Shown here piece after piece: positions 36,293-48,456 of a stretch of 64,000 bases of DNA (position 1 is its first letter; each line of letters begins with the position of its first letter). The notes under the pieces were generated by a model. The model saw only the letters and a program-made list of their open reading frames with translations. It did no database searches and had not been told where the DNA came from. The position numbers were made by a program, and so were the translations under genes. Origin of the DNA: Euglena gracilis. Lineage: Eukaryota. The DNA is taken from positions 13,510,716-13,574,715 of the forward strand of contig CP154954.1 of assembly GCA_039621445.1 (NCBI GenBank), given 5' to 3'.

Positions 36293-39200
36293 ATGTTTCA
36301 TCCGGGAGGAATGGTGTGGGGTTGGGAAGGAGTCCAGATGGCGGGGAGTTCTTTCCCCCCCCTGGACTTGACAAGGGGGTTGGGTAGGAATCAGGGACCT
36401 GAGCCCACCCTGGTTTTACCCAGAAGTGACCCAGGTATGTTTGGGGATATGCAAGGGGGGGTATGCATGGAGCTTGAAGGGATTCGAGTTTGTGTTGGAT
36501 CCCCTGAAACTGAGGTGGGGAATAAAGATCCTATGCCGCCGGAGGCCCATCCCGGGTTCCCCCTGTGCGGGGGGGCGGGCGCGGGGTGGGCGTCCCGCGC
36601 GAACATGGTAGCAGAGGTTTGTGATTCGACCATGTCCGTGAACATGGTCGCAGAGGTTTGTGATTTGAACATGTCCGTTCACATGGTCATAGATGTTGGT
36701 GCATTTACTATGTCTTTGGGCATGGTTGCACAGGTTGATGCAGTGATTTTGTCCCCGGTGGACATGTTTTCAGCAGGGGTTTATCCAACTGACATGGTCC
36801 CTTTGGAGGTAATTATGGAAGGGTCATTTTTGCCTTTGCCAGAAACAGAAATTTGTTTTTTTCTTGCCCCACCACTATCAATGGTTCAAGACACCCCCAC
36901 CGAATCACCTGTGAATTCCCAGGTGCTGCGAGAGGGCCTAGAGGACCGAGGCCCTGGCCTGGAGGCCACAAGTCCAATTGGCCGAGGACCGAAATATTAT
37001 CAATTGAACGAGGAAGGCCGACGGGACCAGAAGCCCAGCAAGCAAGACGACGAAGTGGCAAGGTGTGACGCTGGTGTTCAACAATTTTCAGTCCCAGGGG
37101 GTCTGGAAATTAGGGGGGCTGAGTCGCAATTTATGATTGGAATTGCACAGCCCAGCCCAACGCCAGCTCAGTGCCAGCCACAGCCAGCAGAAATGAGTCA
37201 GCAAGTTTTTACCCACGAGAGTTTGGGAGTTGAAGCCCGTTTGCAATTTCAATTGGGAATTGCATTGCCAAACGCAGGGCCAGCCCAGCCCCAGCCAGCC
37301 GTCAGGGGGCCAGCCCAACTCCAGCCAGCTGGAGCAGGGATAGCTCAGCCAGTTGCGCAGGAGTCAGCCCAGCCCCAGCCAATTTTGCAAGGGCCAGCCC
37401 AGCCAATTATGCAGGGGCCAGCCCAGCACCAGCCAAACGCAGGGCCAGCCAAATCAACCGGCCCGCAGTTTTTGGGTCAGAGGAGCCCAGAAATTGCAGT
37501 GCCCCAGTCAATTACACACGGGCCAGCCCAGCCAACCATGCAAGGGCCAGCCCAACCCCAGCCAATTATGCAAAGGTCAGCCCAGCCCATCATGCAGGGG
37601 CCGACCCAGTCAATTGGCCAGCAGTTTTTGGGTCAGAGGAGCCCAGAAATTGCAGTGTCCCAGCCAATCATGTACGGGCCAGCCCAGCCCATCATGCACG
37701 GGCCAGCCCAGCCCATCATGCAGGAGCCGGCCCAGTCAACCAGCCAGCAGTTTTTGGGTCAGAGGAGCCCAGAAATTGCAGAGCCCCAGCCAATTACGCA
37801 CGGGCCAGCCCAGCCCATCATGCAGGGGCCGACCCAGTCAATTGGCCAGCAGTTTTTGGGTCAGAGGAGCCCAGAAATTGCAGTGTCCCAGCCAATCATG
37901 TACGGGCCAGCCCAGCCCATCATGCACGGGCCAGCCCAGCCCATCATGCAGGAGCCGGCCCAGTCAACCAGCCAGCAGTTTTTGGGTCAGAGGAGCCCAG
38001 AAATTGCAGAGCCCCAGCCAATTACGCACGGGCCAGCCCAGCCCATCATGCAGGGGCCAGCCCAGCCCATCATGCAGGAGCCGGCCCAGTCAACCAGCCA
38101 GCAGTTTTTGGGTCAGAGGAGCCCAGAAATTGCAGAGCCCCAGCCAATTACGCACGGGCCAGCCCAGCCCATCATGCAGGGGCCAGCCCAACCCATCATG
38201 GAGCCAGCCCAGCCCATGATGCAAAAGCCAGCCCAGCCCATCATGGAGCCATCCCAGCCCATGATGCAAGAGCCAGCCCAGCCCATCGAGCCAGCCCAGT
38301 CCATGAGGCGAGAGCCTGCACAGCCCATCATGGAGCCAGCCCAGCCCTTGATGCAAGAGCCAACCCAACCCATCATGGAATTGCCAACCCGGCACCGGCC
38401 AATTGTCGTGGGGCCAGCCCAGCAGCAGTCAGTGGTCGACAGCTCAGCTCAGCCACAGCCGACTGTCGACAAGCTAGACCAGCTCCAGTCAGTTACACAA
38501 AAGACAGCTCAGCCGACCAGCCAGCATTGTTTTGGTGAAAGTGGTCTGGGATTGGCAGAGTTGGGGAGGGTCCGTGGGCCAGTTTCAGAGAAGCAATTTC
38601 ACCTGGGAAGTGCATGTTCAAATAATCATAGTCCGACCTCTCCCCAATCAGTTGCCCCAGAGTCAGTGTGGTCAGCCGGTGAACAATCTTCTAGTCCAGT
38701 CGTGGAGCCAGAATCAGAATTGCAATTTCAGGCAGGATTTGCAATGTCGGCAGGGACAGCAGGCACAGACGTCAGTCCTGCTGGCTGGGCCAACAGAATG
38801 CGTCTGGCTTCTGAAAGGGTGGAAAGATTTCGTGCGGAGGCTGGAAATTGCAGGGAAAAGAGGTTGGCATGGTCTGAAATGTTGCGGTCTTGTTCGGATC
38901 GCATGCATTCTATGATGGAATTGGGTGAGCAACTTTCGAGTCACAGTCCACCTTGTCTTTTTACCCCAGCCACCCCTTCTGCGAGTTCACAAGGCATATG
39001 TCACGGGTCGAGTGGGCAGGGGGCAGCCCAGCCCTTGCCAACTCAGCCCCAGCAAGCTGCAGGGGGGCCAGCCCAGTCAGAACCGACTGCTCGGCCAGAA
39101 CCGACAGTTCAAGACCTAGTCCAGTGGGGCAGCCAGCAGAATTTCAATTTTCCATCCAGGGAATGTCCTGCCGTCAAAGGACGATTTCCTGTGATAGGAA

Positions 39201-39412
39201 TCGGGGTGAAGGCAGCAGGGAGGGGGGAGGATTTAGTGGGGGTTGAGGCCGAACCCCAGCCCCCCATTCCATTGGTTTCAGCTTTGCCCAAACCCACCGC
39301 GAGTTTGATAGCCCAGCCCAGCATGCCCACCGGGGGTTCGGGAAACCCACAAGATTCCCTGGGTGGGACAGGTCTTGGGCAGAGTCAGGCATCGAATGTG
39401 TCACGCATGTAG
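36293..39412 (+). CDS. Gln/Pro-rich repeat ORF (~1040 aa) inside an LTR element, function unknown
   Basis: Open frame from the end of the 5' LTR through the PBS. In-frame 21-bp units (PAQPIMQG-like) and longer units (QQFLGQRSPEIA) at ~37140-38400. Confidence 0.5.
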   Translation: MFHPGGMVWGWEGVQMAGSSFPPLDLTRGLGRNQGPEPTLVLPRSDPGMFGDMQGGVCMELEGIRVCVGSPETEVGNKDPMPPEAHPGFPLCGGAGAGWASRANMVAEVCDSTMSVNMVAEVCDLNMSVHMVIDVGAFTMSLGMVAQVDAVILSPVDMFSAGVYPTDMVPLEVIMEGSFLPLPETEICFFLAPPLSMVQDTPTESPVNSQVLREGLEDRGPGLEATSPIGRGPKYYQLNEEGRRDQKPSKQDDEVARCDAGVQQFSVPGGLEIRGAESQFMIGIAQPSPTPAQCQPQPAEMSQQVFTHESLGVEARLQFQLGIALPNAGPAQPQPAVRGPAQLQPAGAGIAQPVAQESAQPQPILQGPAQPIMQGPAQHQPNAGPAKSTGPQFLGQRSPEIAVPQSITHGPAQPTMQGPAQPQPIMQRSAQPIMQGPTQSIGQQFLGQRSPEIAVSQPIMYGPAQPIMHGPAQPIMQEPAQSTSQQFLGQRSPEIAEPQPITHGPAQPIMQGPTQSIGQQFLGQRSPEIAVSQPIMYGPAQPIMHGPAQPIMQEPAQSTSQQFLGQRSPEIAEPQPITHGPAQPIMQGPAQPIMQEPAQSTSQQFLGQRSPEIAEPQPITHGPAQPIMQGPAQPIMEPAQPMMQKPAQPIMEPSQPMMQEPAQPIEPAQSMRREPAQPIMEPAQPLMQEPTQPIMELPTRHRPIVVGPAQQQSVVDSSAQPQPTVDKLDQLQSVTQKTAQPTSQHCFGESGLGLAELGRVRGPVSEKQFHLGSACSNNHSPTSPQSVAPESVWSAGEQSSSPVVEPESELQFQAGFAMSAGTAGTDVSPAGWANRMRLASERVERFRAEAGNCREKRLAWSEMLRSCSDRMHSMMELGEQLSSHSPPCLFTPATPSASSQGICHGSSGQGAAQPLPTQPQQAAGGPAQSEPTARPEPTVQDLVQWGSQQNFNFPSRECPAVKGRFPVIGIGVKAAGRGEDLVGVEAEPQPPIPLVSALPKPTASLIAQPSMPTGGSGNPQDSLGGTGLGQSQASNVSRM

Positions 39413-40857
39413 CAGACGCTCGGATAGCAGTGTTGATTCCCCATTTCCAGATCATGGGGGTTCCGCAAGGGGATTTGCCGACGGCACATCCTCCCCCGCC
39501 ACCGTTGGATGCCCAGGAGTTCCCGTGGGATGGGGGGGGAGGGTTGATTTTTCTGCCATCAGTGACTCTGAGTCCAGTGTTTGATGGGGGGGATGAAGAT
39601 TTTCGCACGAGGCTGAAAATCGCTGGTGTGGGAGCCAGAACCCCCCACGCCCAGCCAATTTTGGGCACGTCCCTTGGGACTTTTGCAGAAAGTTCCATGT
39701 GTTTGGGGTCTGCCACGTTTCGGGATCCCTCAACAGCCCAGTTCAGCTGCCAGGGAGATCAGAGTGCATCAAGGAGGGTGATTGTCAAAATGAGAGGGCA
39801 GGATTGTGTACTCGCCCAAAAAGGAAAAAGCCAGCATCGGAGGGGGGTCCCCCCTGCAAAGGCCTGAGTAGGGGGGTCGCAGCCCTGTGGGGGCAAGTGT
39901 TGTGCAGTCTCGACTCCAGGTGAGGAGTTGAGAGGTGTTGTCCATCATTTTGTTTTGCAGCCCTGTGGGGGCAAGTGTTGTGCAGTCTCGACTCCAGGTC
40001 AGGAGTTGAGAGGCATTGTCCGTCATTTGGTTTGCTTTGTCCATGCGAAGAATCGGTGAAAGGTGAAGAAAGCTCTCCCAGCGGAGGGAGCATCCAGCGT
40101 GTGTTGAGTCCTCCAGGGGGAGAGACACTTGGCTTGCATGAAGTCTTCCCAGCGGGGAAGCCCGTTTTTGGTGAGTCCTCCCAGCGGGGGGGAACACCAA
40201 CCGATGAAAGGGGCCTCTGGGGGGGAGGCAACTGTTTTCAGGGAGACCTCCCAGTGGGGGGGGGGTGTCTTCCGGTGGTCAGTCCTCCCAGGGGGGGGGG
40301 AACACCAACCGAGGAAAGGGCCCACCTGGGGGGGGGGTGGCTGTGACCTTGGCAACCCCAGGTGGTGCAGCCCGAGAAACAGCATTTTGTGGTTGTGAAC
40401 CTCTGGGGAGGGAGTTCACCCATCCTGGAGCAAGGTTGGCGTGCAACCATGGACCTGGGGTGGGCATCGAAGATTGTCGAGGGGGCATTCTTGTGTGGTT
40501 GGTTCTGCAGCTCTTCCGAGTTGGATTGTATGTTGTGCCCAGTTGGGGATCTTGTGTTGGGTGACGTGGAAAAGTTTAATTTGAAGTTCGGTTCAAACAT
40601 GAAGTCCTTATTCCCCTGGAGGAGGGGACCCTGCAGAGCTCAGGTTGCAGAAAAGGTGAGGGCCGGACTTCAAAGGGTGCCAAGCCTGGGGCTGGTCAAT
40701 AGGGAGTCCCTACCCCGCCTGCTGAAGCAGGTCGGAGTGAAAAGGGTGCGACCCCCCCAGACTTTCAGTTTTGCAGTTTTTCCGGAGTTGGGACCTGTGA
40801 TGTGCCCAAATTCGGTGGAGACTCGGATTCAGAACCGAAGCACGCAAGGAATAAAGA

Positions 40858-41510
40858 AACCTTCCTGGGGGAGGGGGTCCCGAGAGCACCCCCTACCTGA
40901 CCCAGTGGCCAACGGAGTCAGAACCCCCGGAGGACGATGGGGGGGGGGAACCATGCGGGAAGCAGGGCTGTGGGTGAAAACCCTAACGGCAGGTTTCGGG
41001 TTCACCTGTGAAAACCCCACCCTGTGACCAGAATGGTGTGATCAACGGGAGGCATCCGGCGAATAGTCCTGGGGGAGGGGGTCCCGAGAGCACCCCCTAC
41101 CTGACCCAGTGGCCAACGGAGTCAGAACCCCCGGAGGACGATGGGGGGGGGGAACCATGCGGGAAGCAGGACTGTGGGTGAAAACCCTAATGGCAGGTTT
41201 CGGGTTCACCTGTGAAAACCCCACCCTGTGACCAGAATGGTGTGATCAACGTGATCGCCTTCCCAGAGGGAGGCATCCGGCGAACCTTCCTGGGGGAGGG
41301 GGTCCCGAGAGCACCCCCTACCTGACCCAGTGGCCAGCGGAGTCAGAACCCCCGGAGGACGATGGGGGGGGAACCATGCGGGAAGCAGGGCTGTGGGTGA
41401 AAACCCTAACGGCAGGTTTCGGGTTCACCTGTGAAAACCCCACCCTGTGACCAGAATGGTGTGGTCAATGTGATAGCCTTCCCGGAGGGAGGCATCCGGC
41501 GAACCTTCCC
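40858..41510. repeat. ~210-235-bp tandem repeat, 3 copies, inside the LARD
   Basis: CCTGGGGGAGGGGGTCCCGAGAGCACCCCCTACCTGACCC at ~40865, 41068 and 41289. Confidence 0.88.
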
Positions 41511-43899
41511 GGGGGGGGGGTCCTCGAATGATCAGGCTTTCCCAGCGGGGGAGGCCGCTTGCATGTTGAGCCCTCCCCACGGGGGGGGGGAATTCGTTGA
41601 GAACGGTGCCTTCCTAGCGGGGGAGACATCTTGAAAATGTGGGGCCCTTTCTGCGAGGAGGTCCGTCAAGACCTCCCGGGGGGCAAACGCCAGTGAACGA
41701 GCCGTCCCAGGGGGGGGGGGCAGCCCCTGATGAACAGGTTTTCCCAGCGGGGAGATCGCCTGCATGTGGAACCTTCCCTCCCAGCGGGGGGGGGGGGGCG
41801 TCCCAGAAGTGTCCAGGTGAAGGTGTCGGTGCTTCGGGCCGACATCAGATTTTTTTTGGTGGAGTGAGGCAGGTTTCCGGACCCCGCCTCCCTACGGTCG
41901 GTTGAGTGTAGAAGTTTCTGGGAGAAACTTTTTGAGTAGGGGGGTGTTGGGGGGTCCGGGAAACCTGCGGGAAGAACACCCACTCCGCTGAAGGGGGGGG
42001 TGAGGCTTCCCATGGCGAGTCCGCTCATCCCGCGAACAAGGTGAAGAGTGAGGAGAAGTTGTCCCGCCCCTCCTGAGGTTTGGGGGGGGCAAGTCCTTGG
42101 GTGCCTCCTGCCGAGGCGGAAGAAGTGTTCCTCTTGGCATCCCCACGGGGGGGGGGGATTCAAGGTCTTTCTGAGCGCTAAAAGGGGGGGGGGTGTGTGC
42201 GAGGAGTCGCTATGACCGCACATAGCCCCTGCGCCTCCCGAAAGGTGAATGGCCGTTTGTTTGCAAGCTTGTGCGAGCCAGTGTGTGACCCTGTGGTTGG
42301 TTAAACTGGCCTGTGACCTGGAATGATAGGGGAGAAATATCTTTGCACTTTGGATTTTTCTTCCGGGATGAAAGTTGGGTTCTCACATACGGAATAATGG
42401 CCAGAGTCATTTTCCAGAGTGTGGGACCTGGGGGACAGGGCGCAGGAAGAGAGGAGGGAATGACGCCAAAGGTAGGGAGTGCCTTAGCATAGGCTCCTAT
42501 CCTAATCTGTGGCCATGCCTAATCAGTAACCTTCCAATAACCCAGCCAGCACATGCATAAGTGTGAAAAGGGCAGTGGGCAGTATGGGGAGGTGGGGGTT
42601 GGTAGGGCACATGGTCTCATGGAGTTGCCCGCGTTCTGCACATTTGTTTTTCATGTTCCACTTTCCACAGTGGGTTTCCCAGTTTTCCAAGTTTCTCAAA
42701 CATGCAAGTCGTCAAGATTCTTGGACTATGAAACATCATTGAAAGAAGTCAAGGAATTCAATCAAAGACATTGTCAGAAGTTGAAACCACGGTAACATTC
42801 GTCGGCTGAACGGTCGCTCGTGAACCTCCATCACCTTTGTTTTGTTGGTTGCGAAGTCAGGTTGTTTTGCCTGTTTGTTTGGGTTTTGTTTTCCCAACAT
42901 AGACCTTGGATTTACCCAGAAACAGTCTGGAAATGTTTCATCCGGGAGGAATGGTGTGGGGTTGGGAAGGAGTCCAGATGGCGGGGAGTTCTTTCCCCCC
43001 CCTGGACTTGACAAGGGGGTTGGGTAGGAATCAGGGACCTGAGCCCACCCTGGTTTTACCCAGAAGTGACCCAGGTATGTTTGGGGATATGCAAGGGGGG
43101 GTATGCATGGAGCTTGAAGGGATTCGAGTTTGTGTTGGATCCCCTGAAACTGAGGTGGGGAATAAAGATCCTACGCCGCCGGAGGCCCATCCCGGGTTCC
43201 CCCCCGGGGGGGCGGGCACGGGGTGGGCGTCCCGCGTGAACAGGGGGGGGGGTCGAAAGGCGGCCCGACCCTGGGGGGAGGGGAGGGGGGGCGGGCGCCC
43301 AGACCCGGGGGGGGGGACCGAAAAGCAGCCCAGGGCGGCCGCCGAAGACCACCCCGGGGGAGGGCAAGCACGGCCTAGGGGGGGGTCGGACAAAGGGAGG
43401 GGTTCTTGAACTCTCTAAGTCATGGAGGTGTGAGGGTTTTTGGGTGGTGGAGCCTTTGGTTGGACCAAGGGCAAGTGCGTGAATTCGCACGCACGCGTTT
43501 TTTTTGCTTCACAGGTTTCAGGCGCCGCATCGCCGTCGATAACCTGCTCGAGCGCTACGCGACATTTCCAACCTCGTGACCGCTCGATGACGGTGCTCGT
43601 GCCTTTTTTGACGTGGGTGGGTGGAGCGTGGTGTCGGGTTGGCTGAACTCCCCAGGGAATTCCGTTCACCCCCTTTTTCTTTTTTCTTCACTTTTTGAGA
43701 TCGATCCAAGAGGTGTGAATTTCTTGAAAGGCTAAAATAAACCCGTTTTTTGTATGGGCGAGGAAGGGGTCTGGAAGGGGATCGAAGCGTGGGCAATTTT
43801 GATGGTAAAACCAACGACACGTTCCGCCCCATGCGTTTTTCGTCAATTTTCGAATTTTTCTTGCCAAGGGGAGGTGCCGACCATTGGGACCCAATGATG

Positions 43900-44390
43900 A
43901 TGTCAAAGGTGGTCGGAAGGGAGAGGTAACATAGGAGCGAAGGAAGGGCGCCCATGATTCACTTCCGCCCCACCCCCTGCCATTTTCGCCGAGTTTTTTC
44001 TAATTTGTGATGCAAGGAAGGGTTGGTGACGATCATTGGTACCCCGTGACAATGCCGAAGGTGGTCGGATGGGAGGGGTAGCATGGGTGCGAAGGACGAA
44101 CACCTAGTTTTCACTTCCGCCGCCCCCTTTGGCATTTTTGTCGCTTATTTTCTTGGATGCCGACAACTTGAATGATCCGGAGGTGGTCGGGAGGGGGTGG
44201 TGACATGGGTGTGAAGGATGGGCACCCATGGTTCACTCCGCCCCTCCCTTCTCTTTTTAGTCATCTTTTTGAACTTTTTTGAAAGGGGAGTAAACGACGG
44301 TGGAAACCATTTGAATAATACAAGGGTGAACAGGACAGGGTGATGGCATGGGCGTGATGGATGACGGCCTATGGTCCGCTCCCCCCTCTT
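43900..44390. repeat. Degenerate ~120-150-bp tandem repeat
   Basis: GGTGGTCGG...CATGGG.G.GAAGGA...TTCACT(T)CCGCC at ~43908, 44060 and 44182, with a weaker copy at ~44335. Confidence 0.65.
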
Positions 44391-45201
44391 CTTTTGTCCG
44401 GGTCGGACTCTCTTGGAAAGGTGGATCAATGGAATGAATTCTCACATGCATCCTACCTCTTCCCACTTCTTCGGATGAGGAGAAGGAGACCGGGGGTCAG
44501 GGACGCTCGCATGCGCCCTTGATCGAACTTGTGAGACTTTCGACTCCGAAAGCCATGACGGGTTTTTTTTTTCCTTTGATGACGCCCATTGGATACTTGG
44601 GTTGGTGGAAATGGCTCAAGATTTGAGTGGGTAGAAGGGGAAGTCTTTGGAGGTGAGGGGAATTTTGTGGGTCGCCGACCATTTTGGCCCTTCGCCCCCC
44701 CGTTTTATCTTCTCGTTTTTCCTTCGGGAGATTTTGTGTTTGAAACCTTTTCGGTTGAACATCCTCCGGTCCCCCTTTTTCTTAGTAGAGGGACAGGCAA
44801 TCAGAGGTTTTTGGGCTAATATCTTAAGTAGGGGGTGTCTTGTTGGGACAGGAGGTGTATTTTGGCCCTTCTTGACGCCGGCCGTACCGATTGGTCGTTA
44901 GAAAGGGAAATAACCTGATTGGAGGATCCCCTCGACCACTCATGGGGGAAAAGAGTGGATTTTTGGTGGAGGAGAAGGCTAAGCCCCCCCATTGTGAATG
45001 GTGGTGGTCGTATCTTTAACGGTTTGCGATGCGTATTTTTGTGTTTTTTTAAGGGAAGCGCAAGGCAGATGCCCCCCCCCCCCGGTATCAGTTTGGTCCT
45101 TAACCCAACGCTTCCCTTAGACACCGAAGGCGCCGCTTGGGTCCATGTGCTATTTTTTGGAGGCAAGGGACTGTTCTTATGCGCTAAAAGCGGCAATGGT
45201 T

Positions 45202-47358
45202 GTGGGGAGGAATGAAAGCCACGCAACTCCAAATTTTGGGTTGGAGAATAGGGAGCGAAAATGGTTAGTGACCTGCGGGGTTGAATACACCACGTTGTGG
45301 GTAACATCGTGGTGAGCGCCCGGCTGGGCGCCGGACGCGCATACCCGGAATGGGTGTGGGGAAGATGACCCAGAAAAGCCCGCAGTTAGCGCGGTAGGAA
45401 AGGGGTATGATTACTTCTCAACTTTCTAGTCTCAGGTGGGTCTTTGTGGTCACGTTATTTGGATCATCTGATTATATCAATTGAATCTTTTGATCACATT
45501 ATCGTGGACTATTTTTTTCTGGCTATTTGGCATTACCATTGGCGTTGTAAAGTTTTTGGCGTTGACCAGCATATGTGGCACGTAGTACATCTTCACGCAA
45601 CTTGAACAACACCCAAACTACCCTCCTCGATGCCTTCCATTTTTTGTGCAATCGTTTCTTTTTTTTTAGGAAATGGAGATCCAATTCAAAAAAAGATATG
45701 CGCAAGACGGCAAATGAAATAGGAAAGAAGCGCCGGCAGGAGGAGCGGCACCTCCTCATGGCAGTGTGTTGGGTTGCATGGAAAAAAGGGATCTGGGTTG
45801 GGAGGAGGACTTAGAGATGGGTGGTTGGGCTCAGGGAAAAGAGGATGCGAAGCCGGATGTCGTACTACCTCGAGGCAAGCCGTCCAGGGGGGAAGGGACA
45901 CCGAGGGCGAAGCACAAAGACATTGTGAGGTCATGCCTTGCTCGCCGGCGGTCTGTTGTGACTGTTTGGTGCGCTGGGTTAGGAGGACCCGCTTAGTGCT
46001 GCCTCGCCGGAGTTGGCTGCGTTGTCTCCGACGTGGCGACCGTGGCGGAGTTTCTTTGCCTGGGTTGGTCCGCCCCACACCCCCCCCCCTGCCCCCCATC
46101 TTCTGATCGAGGGCGTTTGAAGACAAATTTTCATATAAGGGTGGGGGGGGGTCGGGCTCACAATGTCTTTGTGCCTCGCCCTCGGTGTCCCTTCCTCCCT
46201 GGTCGGCTTGCATCGAGGGAGTACGAGACACCTCGGGCTCCTCACTTTGCAATTGTGAGGCCAGATTGTGCACTGAAGGAAGGTGGGGAGGAATGAAAGC
46301 CACGCAACTCCAAATTTTGGGTTGGAGAATAGGGAGCGAAAATGGTTAGTGACCTGCGGGGTTGAATACACCACGTTGTGGGTAACATCGTGGTGAGCGC
46401 CCGGCTGGGCGCCGGACGCGCATACCCGGAATGGGTGTGGGGAAGATGACCCAGAAAAGCCCGCAGTTAGCGCGGTAGGAAAGGGGTATGATTACTTCTC
46501 AACTTTCTAGTCTCAGGTGGGTCTTTGTGGTCACGTTATTTGGATCATCTGATTATATCAATTGAATCTTTTGATCACATTATCGTGGACTATTTTTTTC
46601 TGGCTATTTGGCATTACCATTGGCGTTGTAAAGTTTTTGGCGTTGACCAGCATATGTGGCACGTAGTACATCTTCACGCAACTTGAACAACACCCAAACT
46701 ACCCTCCTCGATGCCTTCCATTTTTTGTGCAATCGTTTCTTTTTTTTTAGGAAATGGAGATCCAATTCAAAAAAAGATATGCGCAAGACGGCAAATGAAA
46801 TAGGAAAGAAGCGCCGGCAGGAGGAGCGGCACCTCCTCATGGCAGTGTGTTGGGTTGCATGGAAAAAAGGGATCTGGGTTGGGAGGAGGACTTAGAGATG
46901 GGTGGTTGGGCTCAGGGAAAAGAGGATGCGAAGCCGGATGTCGTACTACCTCGAGGCAAGCCGTCCAGGGGGGAAGGGACACCGAGGGCGAAGCACAAAG
47001 ACATTGTGAGGTCATGCCTTGCTCGCCGGCGGTCTGTTGTGACTGTTTGGTGCGCTGGGTTAGGAGGACCCGCTTAGTGCTGCCTCGCCGGAGTTGGCTG
47101 CGTTGTCTCCGACGTGGCGACCGTGGCGGAGTTTCTTTGCCTGGGTTGGTCCGCCCCACACCCCCCCCCCTGCCCCCCATCTTCTGATCGAGGGCGTTTG
47201 AAGACAAATTTTCATATAAGGGTGGGGGGGGGTCGGGCTCACAATGTCTTTGTGCCTCGCCCTCGGTGTCCCTTCCTCCCTGGTCGGCTTGCATCGAGGG
47301 AGTACGAGACACCTCGGGCTCCTCACTTTGCAATTGTGAGGCCAGATTGTGCACTGAA
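45202..47358. repeat. Apparently identical 1081-bp tandem duplication
   Basis: 45202-46277 is repeated at 46283-47358. The ORF track shows identical ORFs offset by 1081. Confidence 0.93.
45860..46226. repeat. 367-bp segment bounded by ~70-bp inverted repeats (MITE-like or foldback); second copy at 46941-47307
   Basis: 45860-45929 is the reverse complement of 46157-46226 with few mismatches. Confidence 0.8.
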
Positions 47359-48456
47359 AAAAGGGGGGCCTGGTCATTATCCAAAGCACCTTGGGCACAA
47401 AGTCTTTGATAATATGCTGTGAAAGCCTCCACCTCCTTCCACTGACCAATTTCACAAACTTCTTGGGCAGAAAGGCAGGCAGGCTTTTTGAGTCGACCAA
47501 CTCCTGCCCCTCTCGGTCGTTTTTGCTTTCGTGCTTTATTTTGCTTTGACTAAAATTTGCCATGTGCAGTTTTCCCCTGCACCCACCCCTCACAATGGGG
47601 GCGACACGCGGACCAAAAGCAGCACTTTTTTGGAGAAATGGACTGCGTATCACATGGCCAATTGCAAAAAAAAATCCTTATGTGACAACAGTGTTCGTGA
47701 ATGCGCTGAGAAGCGGGGCAGCCCTCTTCCACGCTTTTGGTGTGTTCTGCAGGGGGGAGGGCATGGGATAGGAGGCTCCGTGCCCTGCTGCACCAAAATT
47801 TCTCTTCAGCTGTCTTGCTCGCCGTCTCCCTCTTGAACTCTGATTGAGAATTTTTCCTGCAGCTGGTCAAGTCAAGTAAACCTGCAAGTTGGAACTTCTG
47901 GAGGCATGCAAAGGGCACCGGGGCAAAACACAATCTCAGTCATTTCAATCACCGTTATGGGCATGAAGACATTGTTTTTTTCCGGCACGTTCGCTGGCCA
48001 GTTTCTGAATTTTTTTTACATCCAAATAAGTAAAAAAAGGGACGGGTGACACAGGGTCCCTGGAAACGCAATATCGGCAGTGAGCCGTGGTTCGCAACCG
48101 CAACCTTCGGGCGTGGTAGGACCTGCCACGTGTGAGGAAAATAGCCTTCTGACAGAGGGTGATGAACGCCACCAATTTTTTCGACACCGATGAAGCCTAA
48201 CTAACAACCGCCCCTAAATCCTTGTCGAACGTGTAACTGCCCCCTTCCATTTATCGTCCTTCCGCCAGTGGGTTTTAAATCCAGTTTGCAGGACGTTTTG
48301 GCTTTGATCTGGTGAATCTTCCCTTTTAATGTATGCCATGTTTCCATGCGCTGTCAAACTCGGTGTACATTTCGTTTTACTCATATCAAGTGGATGTGTG
48401 CTTTTTGGTGGCAATTGCAATTACTGATAGTGGCACTTCCGAAATAAAAAAGAGAA

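Larger units (their letters stand above)
35307..43242 (+). mobile_element. Young 7.9-kb pol-less LTR element (LARD-like)
   Basis: Near-identical ~1.3-kb LTRs at 35307-36605 and 41945-43242 with TGTT...AACA ends. PBS TGGTAGCAGAGG at 36606-36617. PPT GAGTAGGGGGG at 41934-41944. GGGGG on both flanks is consistent with a 5-bp TSD. Confidence 0.92.
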
